A DNA stretch of 63,436 nt, the filler included, from Octopus bimaculoides (lineage: Eukaryota): assembly GCF_001194135.2 (NCBI RefSeq). It is 7 parts of 6 records of this genome, joined end to end, with 100 filler letters (N's around TTAATTAATTAA, not from the genome) between each part and the next. Parts side by side here need not be neighbours in the genome. Positions count along the whole stretch, not along the records: positions 45,339 to 53,816 come from NC_068986.1; positions 53,917 to 58,232 come from NC_069001.1; positions 58,333 to 63,436 come from NC_068982.1; 4 more parts are not named here. One strand, given 5' to 3'. This document shows positions 50,489-62,599 of the stretch, piece by piece. How positions within the stretch are numbered: the stretch's first letter is position 1; each line of letters starts with the position of its first letter. The position numbers were made by a program, and so were the translations under genes. A model generated the notes under the pieces. The model did not search any database and was not told the origin of the DNA. It saw only the letters and a program-made list of their open reading frames with translations.

Positions 50489-51561
50489 AAAGTTAGACAG
50501 AGAAGGGAAGAATAGACGAAAACTGAGCGAAAACAACGGACAAAAAAGGGAGAGAAAAACACGATATAAGGAACACTCGCAGCGGGTTTTCTCATCAGTT
50601 GGTTTCTGAGACGCCTTAGTGGTTTCGTGCTACTTAAAACCAAGATCACTGTTATCAACGGGAGCGCCAGAGAATAGAGCTACAGGAAAAGGCTGACGAA
50701 TATGTGCAGGACAGGACAAAATAACATTGCGTGCACAATAGGAAATAATGACAAGATATAACAGACTAAGAATGGTACATACAGACTAGAAAATACTGCA
50801 ATAAATAGAAGGAATAATTATGCGTATACAGTGCTAAAATATAATACTAACAGAAAAAACCTTTTCGGCTATCAAGACAAACGTAGTGGGGTGGTGCAAA
50901 GAAATAGAAAAAGGCCTTGGTGGACAGAACACACACGTATCTGGTTTGGTCAGCGGCTGGTAGAAAAAGTACGACGCGCTTTGACTGAACACCGATCACA
51001 TGGTAGGAGAGAAGAAGAGTGGTGGAGTGACTAAGGAATGAGAGCGAGAAAGAGAGAGGCGGAAGAGTAAGAGAGAGGGAAGAGGAAAGAACAGGTTACA
51101 AGGGAGGTAATTAAGGAAGGAAGGGAAAAGAATAGAGAGAGAAGAAAGAGGAGGGGAAGAAAAAGCTAAGAGTCACACTACAAATATTCAGGGAATATTT
51201 TTTACAGTTAAGTAAACAAACGGGAGTGCATTGCGCTGCAATGAATATTTCAAAGGTTAGACAGGGAAGGGAAAAATGGACGAAAACTGGGCGAAAACAT
51301 AGCGGACAGAAAAGGAAGACAAAATCACGATACAAGGAACATTCGCAGCGGATTTTCTCTTCAGTTGGTTTCCGAGACATCGTAGTGGTTTTGCGCTATT
51401 TAAAACCACGACCACTTTTATCAACGGGAGCTCCAGAGTATAGAACTACAGGAAAAACGCTGATGAATGTGTGTAGGACAGGACAAAATAACATTGCGTG
51501 TACAATAAGGAATGACAAAATTTAACAGACAGGGAATAGTGCATATACACTAGAAAATGCT
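50487..51561. repeat. ~310-bp direct repeats (50487-50797, 51251-51561), period 764 bp
   Basis: About 80% identical by eye, e.g. CAGGACAGGACAAAATAACATTGCGTG vs TAGGACAGGACAAAATAACATTGCGTG; copy 1 abuts (TA)n. Confidence 0.9.
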
Positions 51562-51915
51562 TTATGGCATATATCCTTGCTCTGAGTGAAAGCAAAACAA
51601 AGTACCTCTACATGTTGACTATTTTACAACGTTCAGTTTCTTCTGATATGTTTTAAAAGTTGTTGAATGTTTTAAAGATATTTTTCTATTTACTTATTTC
51701 GGTCTTTCTTATAAATGTTTAAAAGTTATTTCGTTAATTTTTTTTTCGTCTCCTTCTTTATATTCCATTATTTCATATGGCTTTATCTTTGCTTTTTGGC
51801 TCAGAAATTTCTGTTTTCTAAAAGGAGTACACTGGGAAGCATCGTCGTCTTATGTCTTCAAAAGAATACGACGATAAATGAATAAACAATTAAATAAAAA
51901 AAATAGATAGGTTGA

Positions 51916-51948
<33 letters not shown>

Positions 51949-53677
51949 GATATATATGTACATATATATCATATATGTATGTATGTACATACATATATAT
52001 ATGTACTTATATATATGTATATATATATANNNNNNNNNNNNNNNNNNNNNNNNNNNNNNNNNNNNNNNNNNNNNNNNNNNNNNNNNNNNNNNNNNNNNNN
52101 NNNNNNNNNNNNNNNNNNNNNNNNNNNNNNNNTATATATATGCTTATCACTGAGATAAGCTCAAGCACACAGCGAAACAGAAGGTGGATTAAAAAGCGTG
52201 GGGATATAAAACAAAAGATAGAAAAAGAAAAGAAACATTTCAAGGAGTGAATACAAGAAATTTCTAGTTTTGTAGTGAGATGCCATGAATTGCTGTCTAT
52301 AGAGAGAAACGGTGAAAATAAAAGAAAATAATATAAATACGGATTTATTTAAATTTTATTTAGACGCAAAAACAATATTTTAAGTTAATATATGTCGATA
52401 TATAAAGGAAAATATCGTACTGAATATGGTGGCATAGAAGTGAGAAGATACACAGAAATTGGGTTGGCATTCGAAGATGGTGATGCACTGAGAAAGCAGT
52501 TGACAATTCCAAGAAAGAAAAATCAGTTGTCAATTCGAAGAAAGAAAAATAGATGTTTACCCAGGTTCTTATATATACAATCGTTTTCTAAAACTAGTCT
52601 GAAAAACTTGGTTTTGTTGCTTTTGGAGGGGTTGGTTTCTTCCTGTTTAAACTGTTATATAACGTGTATAAACATACGCAAATTCTTTTAACCATGCATG
52701 TGGGAATGAAGTTATGTGTATGCGCGCGAGCGTGAGTGCGTTTGTGAAGTTCTGATCTGGTGCACAAGATTAGTCAACTAATAAGAAACAATGTTAAAAT
52801 GAAAGTATTGTATAGTTAGATTTATTCATATTTTTATAACGAAGACAGTGTTTCAGCAAAGCGTGTATTAGCCAAGCTTCATCAGAGATGAATTTGTTCC
52901 TTCTCTTATGAACTTTAGAGAATTCACACTTCTCTGAAATACTACATCCAAATGTATATATATACATACATACATACATTACATTACATTACATTACATT
53001 ACATATAGTAAGAACATTTATAAATTCTACTTATATGTGCACCTTTGTACGTATGTGTGTATATGAGCGGGAATCTTATACGTTTAATTAACATATTACT
53101 CTCGCTGTAAAGATACATAATTTGAATAAATCAGAAAGTCTTCAGTAGACAAAAGTGAGAAAGTAATCGACATGACGCATTGTTCTGAAGATTCATCAGG
53201 GCCTCTAACTTCTTAGCATTTTTTCCGACGCGCTAACAATTCTGCCAGCTCACCTATTTAATAAAAATAAATGAATAAATAAATAATAATAATAATAATA
53301 ATAATAATATTTTTAAAAAAGGATTGACGTAACTCTTCACGAAGGTAAATAGTCAAGACGAAGAGTGCAATTTTAGATGTTTTATTTTTTTAACAATATT
53401 TCGATAGAACGTCTGTCTTTCTCAAGTTCAAACCAAAAGGTGATTGAAAATTCAAAATTTCAGAAACCAAACGTAAACTATGAACGTGAGTAACCAGCGT
53501 CCATACGTTGATAGAATGACATCATCAGCTTTTGTCAGTTTTTTAATAAGCAGAAAGAAAGAAAGAAAAAGGAAGACCACAGAAAAAGAAAAGAAAAAGA
53601 GAGAAAGAAGAATGTTCAATCAAACAGTTTTGTATAAATTTGATGATATTCTCCTGTCATCTTATTCATTCCTCCAG

Positions 53678-53816
53678 GGCGTGATGTCAATAACCCGCAA
53701 ACATATTTCTCCTCATACATTCTGAGAAGTGAAAGTGGGGTACATTCAGGATATTTTTTGAGAATGTGCACTTTCAAATCTTCTTCAAAATTGCAGCCGC
53801 TTGAAACGAAATGTTC
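53678..53816 (+). CDS. candidate coding exon, cut by the scaffold end
   Basis: CATTCCTCCAG acceptor; phase-1 frame RDVNNPQTYFSSYILRSESGVHSGYFLRMCTFKSSSKLQPLETKC is open to the spacer, with an in-frame stop just upstream in the putative intron. Confidence 0.3.
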
Positions 53817-53916
53817 NNNNNNNNNNNNNNNNNNNNNNNNNNNNNNNNNNNNNNNNNNNNTTAATTAATTAANNNNNNNNNNNNNNNNNNNNNNNNNNNN
53901 NNNNNNNNNNNNNNNN
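53817..53916. other. artificial scaffold-joining spacer
   Basis: 44 N + TTAATTAATTAA (53861-53872) + 44 N. Confidence 0.97.
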
Positions 53917-54239
53917 GGAACATAGTTGTTGGTGTATGTCAGGGAATTAGGGTGTAGAAGATGATAACAGAGCGGTGCTGCCGACGGTGGCGATGCAGAT
54001 GGTGGTGGTGGTGGTGATGGTGGTGGTGATGGTGGTGGTGGTGGTGGTGTAAGTGTTATAATATTATGCTTGTATAGGTGTGTATGTTTGTGTGTGTAAA
54101 TATGTGTGTGCTGAAACGTGTAGATATTGCATTAATGTGTCTGTGCGTCGGGGCACAATTCATATTTCTGAACAAAATGTATCCCTCACCCATTATGTAT
54201 GGAGATGGAGATATACATACAGACATATATATATATGTG

Positions 54240-54274
<35 letters not shown>

Positions 54275-54279
54275 GCATA

Positions 54280-54316
<37 letters not shown>

Positions 54317-54837
54317 NNNNNNNNNNTATGTATGTATATACATATATATTTACATATATATATATATACATACATACATTATACATATGTATGTATGTAT
54401 GCATACACACACACACACACACACATACATTTATACCTAGATATGTGACAGTGTCGTTAAATATGTGTCTACATACATAAATACACACACGAAATGCTCC
54501 CAAGCAAGCCTTGTACGTACATCCGCCAGAATTCCACCCTTTCACACGTAAAAAAAAAAAAGTACCCGACAACCTAAACATCTGTCACCACCGCCACCAC
54601 CACCGTCACCATCAGCACCACTAGCAACATCACCACAACAACCACTACCACCAACACCACCATCAACACAACCCGTGAGTACCATCACCACCACCACCAC
54701 TACAACCACCAATGCCATCACCACCATCACCACCACCATCACCACCATCACCACCACCACCATCATCAATACCATCACTACTACCACTGCTACCACAGCC
54801 ACCGTTGCCCTCGCCGCCACCTTCTTATTCCCTAAAG

Positions 54838-54864
54838 ACACACCCAAGAAATATAATCCAGCAG
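54838..54864 (+). CDS. candidate 27-nt microexon
   Basis: TTCTTATTCCCTAAAG acceptor and CAG|GTAAGA donor; frame-preserving; (D)TPKKYNPA(G) in phase 1 or THPRNIIQQ in phase 0. Confidence 0.3.
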
Positions 54865-54984
54865 GTAAGATGCTCTGTGCGTGTGTTTTTTTCCCCCCGT
54901 ATCTAAGGTAACCAACCACCTGAGAGGGTGGGCGAGGGTGGATTGATGTAAAGTTGGTTGTACCTTTCAACAGGATAAGCCGTA

Positions 54985-55029
<45 letters not shown>

Positions 55030-55189
55030 CTGTGTATTGTTGCTGTTCGTGCCGTTGTTGTTTAGCCTTTGGTTAGTTTTTCTCGTTTGAGCAGACTTAT
55101 GACATAAAGCGCTCCAACCTCGACTAATTCGATTACGTTATGGTTTAGCCCAAGGCTAACAGACCTAAACCTCAAGATATTTCAGCCAT

Positions 55190-55760
55190 GATGACAAGTT
55201 TTAATCACAAAGCAATTTATTCTATAACTGATGCCGTTTCGTTCAAGTATCTTCTACCATTTTGTGGACATATTCATTGTTCCCTATTTGACGAATTTCC
55301 CCTCTTTGCTGGCGAAAAACACTTCCAGCTGAACCCTTACATCCTCTTCAGAGTTGAAGGTCTGTCCATTTAATGAAATTTTAAAAAAAATTTTTAAAAA
55401 ACAACCAAACAGGTGGAAATCTGAAGTCGCAAGATCAGATAAACATGGAGAGTGCAGTAAAACTTCCCAGCCAATCGCCTGTAACTTCTGCCATGTCTGC
55501 AAAGAAGTGTGTGATCTGGCATTGTCGTGATGAAAGACAATGTCCGTACTATTTACATGTGTTGGACACTTTTCGGGTGGATTGCTGTATTTAATTCCTC
55601 CAACTGTTCACCAAACGTATCCAAATTGCTGGTCCTGTTCATGGAAAGAAACTCGTAAAAGACAAACACCCTTCCAATCACAACAAATTGAAAGCATAAC
55701 CTTCTTCAGCGCATATCTTCCTGCAGTCATTGGCAGATGTCAATCATGTTCGTTTTGATT
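55190..55760 (-). mobile_element. mariner transposase catalytic-domain relic
   Basis: KKVMLSICCDWKGV.., DIVFHHDNARSHTSLQTWQKL..GWEVLLHSPCLSDLATSDFHLF..SLNGQTFNSEEDV..FFASK. Confidence 0.9.
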
Positions 55761-56617
55761 CTCCATTCACTGAGTGATCCCAAGCACACAAAATACAACT
55801 ATATCTCGCCGCAAGTTCGCGTCTAACAACATTCAAGTATCAAGTATTTTGCGAGANNNNNNNNNNNNNNNNNNNNNNNNNNNNNNNNNNNNNNNNNNNN
55901 NNNNNNNNNNNNNNNNNNNNNNNNNNNNNNNNNNNNNNNNNNNNNNNNNNNNNNNNNNNNNNNNNNNNNNNNNNNNNNNNNNNNNNNNNNNNNNNNNNNN
56001 NNNNNNNNNNNNNNNNNNNNNNNNNNNNNNNNNNNNNNNNNNNNNNNNNNNNNNNNNNNNNNNNNNNNNNAGAGAGAGAGAGAGAGAACAGATGTTTTAA
56101 TATAGCTACTAGTTGGAAGCAGGTTAGTTGGGTGATAAAGTGGAATGCGTGTGTGTATGTGCGCGCGTGTGTGTGCGTGCGTGTGTGTATTTAAGGAGGT
56201 TATCGATGTGTGATGAGAGAGTTTATCGCAAGGCTGATCCAAGTGGAAAACGGCTGAAAAATTTCCCACCGAAAATTTTCAGTTACACACACACAGACAC
56301 ACGCACTCACTCACTCAGACATACACACATAGACATACACATAAATACATGCAAACAGATATACACATAAACACACTGCTTCAACTGCTTTCGCCACAGT
56401 GATGTTAATAACTTGTTGATTTTGGTAACAGGAAGTGGTTAAACGTGAGTCAAACCGGAAGTTGATAAGACACGTGAAAGAAGCCTCTGATGTACATAGT
56501 CATAGGTTCAAGTTGAAAGGAAAAAACAGAGCCGACAGGTAGCAGAGTTCAGAAGATAGCTGGGGTGGGGAGGGGCATTTTGTTAGGGATCATTTCACAG
56601 ATTTAGAAAGAAAAACA

Positions 56618-56640
56618 GACAGACAGACAGATAGATAGAC

Positions 56641-56699
<59 letters not shown>

Positions 56700-56706
56700 C
56701 AGATAG
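56618..56706. repeat. (AGAC)n/(AGAT)n microsatellite
   Basis: Direct reading. Confidence 0.95.
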
Positions 56707-56964
56707 AAACTGTAATTCAAGAATCCAGAAGTTAGAAAACAGAAACAGGCATGATTAGCGGAGAACTCCATCAAGAGTTATGCTCCTTACCCCTTACCCC
56801 ACCCCAAAAAAATTGCGTGAATGGCAATTTCCAGAAAAGTGGGGTTTGGGTGCAGGAGGTAGGTTGGAAAGAGGGAATGGAGCGAGCACTCTAACTTTTA
56901 AACTTTTGTGTGGTTGGTGCTAAGACTGATGGCGTAAATCCTAATGTTTATAATCATTGTAGAG

Positions 56965-57370
56965 TTTTTAGGTAACCGATCATATACTTCCTTTCATGTG
57001 GACACAAGCGGAAAAGCTCGTCTTGTAGTTTAAGTAGTTGTCCGGAGAGGAGAGTTCTTTAACATAGTTCTTTTCTCGGTGAGGCATAGTCTGCATCTCC
57101 TGCTATTGTTAATGTAAGACTTGCACATCTACAGAATTCTCCGCTCGTTGCAAACCTTCAACGACCTGCATGCCTAGTCAGGGCTGTAACATTACGTCCC
57201 CGCTGGATATTGAAGAAGAATTTTTGGCTATTATATCTAGTCCTCAAAGCCCACATATTTCCGCGTATCTGACTGCCCACTGAGGAACTTTGACGTTGCC
57301 ACTGTCCCTGGGTTGTATTGGCCGCTGTGAGAACACGAATTGTTGCCTCTACCCGAGTATCCTCTCTCTC
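56965..57370 (-). mobile_element. Penelope-like element GIY-YIG endonuclease C-terminal relic
   Basis: RKYVG / LRTRYNSQKFFFN..RNVTALTRH / CKSYINNSRRCRLCLTEKK..NYLN / DELFRLCPHERKY, with frameshifts. Confidence 0.8.
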
Positions 57371-57653
57371 TGCCATTACCGTTGTCTCCATGGTGATAAC
57401 GATGTTATTGATGGCGATGAAGATAATGGCGGCGGTGGTCGTGGCGGTGAACATCGTTGCCATGATAATGACGATGTTGATGTTGCTGTGGATGATAATT
57501 GGGTGGGGTTAGTGGTAGGGATGGCGTTGGTGGTGGTAGTTGATGCTACTTCAACTAGTAGTACAACTATAACTGCTACCACTACTTTTACTACCGCCAT
57601 TATTACTACCACGATTAATACTACAACTGCTACCACCATTACTAGTACTACTG

Positions 57654-57695
<42 letters not shown>

Positions 57696-57901
57696 TCGTT
57701 GATGAGGATTCTACTACAACAACGGCTACTACCATTACAGTCTCCCCCCCCCCATACTCAGATGTTACAATCTGTTTATATTAACTCTCTTCATTTACTC
57801 CTCACCTTTACAGCAACAGAATATTTCTTTTAATCTACCAACGTAGCATTAACGCAGCCATATGCATGCTTACTTCTTCTTCATATATATATATATATAC
57901 G

Positions 57902-57958
<57 letters not shown>

Positions 57959-57979
57959 ATACGTATATATATAAGTACA

Positions 57980-58049
<70 letters not shown>

Positions 58050-58167
58050 CACCCTTGCAGGCATGGAGTATATAAACAAGTATGACAACCAGCTGTAAAC
58101 CGAATGATGACTGGAATGATTGCCTTACCAGGGCAGTGGCCTTTACCAATACCAGGTGGTTGTATAT

Positions 58168-58232
<65 letters not shown>

Positions 58233-58332
58233 NNNNNNNNNNNNNNNNNNNNNNNNNNNNNNNNNNNNNNNNNNNNTTAATTAATTAANNNNNNNNNNNN
58301 NNNNNNNNNNNNNNNNNNNNNNNNNNNNNNNN
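58233..58332. other. artificial scaffold-joining spacer
   Basis: 44 N + TTAATTAATTAA (58277-58288) + 44 N. Confidence 0.97.
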
Positions 58333-60607
58333 ACTGTAATTTCTTTCTCCACCTCTTCTTCACCTGTGGTATATGTCTGTTCAGTCTTTATTACCATTGG
58401 TACCTGATCTTCAGTTGTGACTTTCTTAGAGTCAATTGATACTACCATTTCAACAGGAATATCACTAATTTTCTCTGCAGAAATTTCAGTCTTTCGTTCT
58501 TTAGTGCTTGTTGTTATAATTGAGGTAACTTTAGCAGTTTCAACTTTCTCTGGTATTACTGACTCAGATACATCTGTAAGTTGAATTTCAGAAACAGGTT
58601 TCACTTCTTCTTCTGGTTGTTTCTCCTTCATTACAGTCGTTGGAATTGCTGTAATATCAGTAATTTGTGGTTTCTTCTCTTTAATTTCCATTTCTTTAGC
58701 TTCAATCTGAATTGTACATTCTGGCACAATATCAAATGTAGACATTTCTGGAATAACCTCAGTTTCTTCTTTGCTAACTAAAATTTCCCTTTTATCTGTA
58801 GTTATCTGTTCTTTTTGTATAGATATAACCTCAGGTATTTGAGGTGCCACTTGGATTTCAATTTCACTAACTGGGTTTTCTTTTTTACCAATATCAATGG
58901 ATATAACTTCTGTTTTCTCAATAGGATTAGTACCAATATCAAGTTGAATGGAAACTTCCTCTTTAGTTTCTGGTTTAATATCAACCTCTGTCTTTTCAAC
59001 AGGTTCTTTTGAAACGACTTCATGTATAATTTCAGAAGGAATTGTCTCTTGAATTGTAATCTTTTGCAGATCAGTGCTAACAACAGCTGCAGACATAGGT
59101 ATCTCCACATGTTCTTTCTCTATATCAGTTATATGTTCAATAGTGTCAACTAACACATCTTCTGCTGTGCGGATCTCATCACGTACACTAACTGATGTGT
59201 CTTTTTCCTCATCTGAAACCTCTTTGGGTTCCACTTTCTTTTCTTCAGTTGATAGAATATCAAAGAATTCTTCTTCAGAAAGTTCTTCTTCAGCTGTACT
59301 CACAACACTTACTGATGGAGCACTTATAATGGTCATTTCAGAGATACCTTTCACTTCTTTACTCACAGGATTCATTTCACTTTCCTTGCTGATTTCAACN
59401 NNNNNNNNNNNNNNNNNNNNNNNNNNNNNNNNNNNNNNNNNNNNNNNNNNNNNNNNNNNNNNNNNNNNNNNNNNNNNNNNNNNNNNNNNNNNNNNNNNNN
59501 NNNNNNNNNNNNNNNNNNNNNNNNNNNNNNNNNNNNNNNNNNNNNNNNNNNNNNNNNNNNNNNNNNNNNNNNNNNNNNNNNNNNNNNNNNNNNNNNNNNN
59601 NNNNNNNNNNNNNNNNNGCATTTCCAATGTCTGCACTGTAATTTCTTTCTCCACCTCTTCTTCACCTGTTGTATATGTCTGTTCAGTCTTTATAACCATT
59701 GGTACCTGATCTTCAGTTGTGACTTTCTTAGAGTCAATTGATACTACCATTTCCACAGGAATATCACTAATTTTCTCTGGAGAAATCTCAGTCTTCCGTT
59801 CCTCAGTGCTTGTAGTTATAATTGAGGTAACTTTAGCAGTTTCAACTTTCTCTGGTATTACCGTCTCAGATACATCTGTAAGTTGAATTTCAGAAACAGG
59901 TTTCACTTCTTCTTCTGGTTGTTTCTCCTTCATTACAGCAGTTGAAATTGCAGTAACATCAGTAATTTGTGGTTTCTTCTCTTTAATTTCCATTTCTTTA
60001 GCTTCAATCTGAATTGTACTTTCTGGCACAATATCAAATGTAGAAACTTCTGGAATAACTTCAGTTTCCTCTTTGCTAATGATAATTTCCCTTTTATCAA
60101 TAGTTATCTGTTCTTTTTGTATAGAAATTATTTCAGGTACTTGAGGTGCAACTTGTACTTCAATTTCACTGACTGGTTTCTCGGGTTTACCAATATCAAT
60201 GGATATAACTTCAGTTTTCTCAACAGGTTTCTCTCCAACGTCAAGTTGAATAGAAATTTCCTCTTTAGTTTCAGGTTTGATATCAATTTGTGTCATTTCT
60301 TTACTAATTTGTTCAATTCTTATTTGTTCTCTTTGAGTGACATAGACTTCGTGTGGTTTTCCTATATCTATTTCAATAGCCTTCTGTTCCACAGTATCTT
60401 GGACTACTTCAATCTCCTCTGTAGCATAATCCACTTCTTTGGAAGCTATTTGGAAAGATAAATCCAAATTTACACCTTTAGTTATTTCAAATGGATGTGA
60501 AATTTCATCTTTTACTGAAGCTTTTTGTAATACTACTCCTGGTATATCTTTAGTCTTTTCCTCTTCTTCCACTCTCTCTTTTATTTCTGTATAAACTGGC
60601 AAATCAC
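58333..60607 (-). CDS. giant internal exon (partial) of a titin-like / large structural protein; E/I/K/V/T/S-rich tandem repeat region
   Basis: Stop-free on both sides of a 218-N gap. TTAG|GT acceptor at 60608/60607 (phase 1) with an in-frame TGA at 60620-60618 just upstream. Two units at a 1302-nt offset differ by synonymous and conservative changes. No Ig/Fn3 domain is visible, so titin-like rests on composition only. Confidence 0.85.
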
Positions 60608-62078
60608 CTAATATAAATCAAATAATTGTTAAGAAAATATTCTCAAAACATCTTTAGTAAATAGTCTCCATATTTATTTATAATGCCTGAAAATAAAATA
60701 ATTATTTGGTCTCAAATGAAAAGCAAATAATTATTTTACAAGAAACAATTGAAAAAAATCCATTATATCTTCCATTGTTTTCTGAGAAAATGAATTATTT
60801 ACCTTATAGCTGCAATTTCATTGGTGTGTCTGTAGCTAGTATTTTATTTTTCATATGTTTAAATTAGTCTCATACACTGTCTAGTGGGGTTTATGCATCA
60901 TAATTTCAATGCAATTAAACCAGAAGTCATCCTCAGACGTCTTCTTCACTGGTAACTAAACTGAGATTATCTACCTTTATTTGTCATCATATTTTCGATT
61001 ATTTTTTTAAATATATTATGAATTGATTGTGTGCAGAAGAAAGGGAGAAGCCATATTAATTTTGCTTGTAATAATGTTAGAGTATTGTATTAAATTCATT
61101 TATTATATATAAATATTNNNNNNNNNNNNNNNNNNNNNNNNNNNNNNNNNNNNNNNNNNNNNNNNNNNNNNNNNNNNNNNNNNNNNNNNNNNNNNNNNNN
61201 NNNNNNNNNNNNNNNNNNNNNNNNNNNNNNNNNNNNNNNNNNNNNNNNNNNNNNNNNNNNNNNNNNNNNNNNNNNNNNNNNNNNNNNNNNNNNNNNNNNN
61301 NNNNNNNNNNNNNNNNNNNNNNNNNNNNNNNNNNNNNNNNNNNNNNNNNNNNNNNNNNNNNNNNNNNNNNNNNNNNNNNNNNNNNNNNNNNNNNNNNNNN
61401 NNNNNNNNNNNNNNNNNNNNNNNNNNNNNNNNNNNNNNNNNNNNNNNNNNNNNNNNNNNNNNNNNNNNNNNNNNNNNNNNNNNNNNNNNNNNNNNNNNNN
61501 NNNNNNNNNNNNNNNNNNNNNNNNNNNNNNNNNNNNNNNNNNNNNNNNNNNNNNNNNNNNNNNNNNNNNNNNNNNNNNNNNNNNNNNNNNNNNNNNNNNN
61601 NNNNNNNNNNNNNNNNNNNNNNNNNNNNNNNNNNNNNNNNNNNNNNNNNNNNNNNNNNNNNNNNNNNNNNNNNNNNNNNNNNNNNNNNNNNNNNNNNNNN
61701 NNNNNNNNNNNNNNNNAAATAATAAGTATTTCATATTAATTCATTTGGTACTTATTGTTGGTTGAGATATATATCTAATTATGTTCTACTTACGATCTGA
61801 CGAGTAGCTATATTTTTGAATAGAACTTATTTTCGATAATTTCAATTGATTTTAATCGATTTAAATTTCTTTTCTATTTGAAAATTGGTTATGAAACACG
61901 TGTAATCTTTTTATTATATTTATCTTATGATATTTACTTTACTTTATATTATACTCATTTATTGTGCTTTTAATTATTAATTTTTCTATATGTGATAGTG
62001 GATTTTCATCGATGAGTTCTTGAAAATTGGTTATTTTCCCTAAAACTATATATTTTATATATATATATATATATATAA

Positions 62079-62328
62079 TTAAGGGTACCAAAGAGACACC
62101 GCCATGCCAGAAATAGCAGTCAAAACTGACTATAGAACCATATCATGTATTCATATAACACAGGTGATAAGATAAATGAATAAAGAAATTTGTAAAAATT
62201 GAATGGCTTTTTGCTAATTTCTTTGATCATTTATCTTATCACAATGTGCTATATGAATACATGATGTGGTTCTATAGTCAGGTTTGACTGCTATTTCTGG
62301 CATGGTGGTGCCTCTTTGGTAGCCTTAA
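62079..62328. mobile_element. 242-bp near-perfect palindromic MITE with TTAA flanks (Kolobok-type termini)
   Basis: TTAA(62079-82)-GG...CC-TTAA(62325-28); ~110-nt arms of high identity. Confidence 0.8.
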
Positions 62329-62406
62329 TCCCTTAATTATAATTATATTTATATTATTATATACCTATGATAATTATTACTTATACAGAATTGTATATGT
62401 GTGTGC

Positions 62407-62487
<81 letters not shown>

Positions 62488-62599
62488 AGCTTGTTTTAAA
62501 GTGGTATACTGATTTTATATAGTAAAATTTCATAAATATCTTTTATTAAAATCCTGAATACCACCTTTTTTTTCTTCATACATACAGACATACATACAT

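Noticed and set aside
50585-50635. Functional type II hammerheads in the 764-bp repeat and at ~11215-11252
   Set aside because: Core words are present, but stems I-III cannot be formed in these copies; kept only as a consensus-level question.
52392-52691. 99-aa ORF
   Set aside because: Contains a 27-bp tandem duplication, has no known motif and no splice support.
60800-60965. Small upstream exons for the titin-like gene
   Set aside because: The candidate ending AAG|GTAAAA has TAA in the phase needed; the LPVKKTSEDDF candidate lacks a compatible donor.
694-61734. Dozens of long ORFs in the supplied track (YIYI, HTHT, CVCV, LSLS, poly-X)
   Set aside because: They are translations of microsatellites and N gaps; X runs hide stops.
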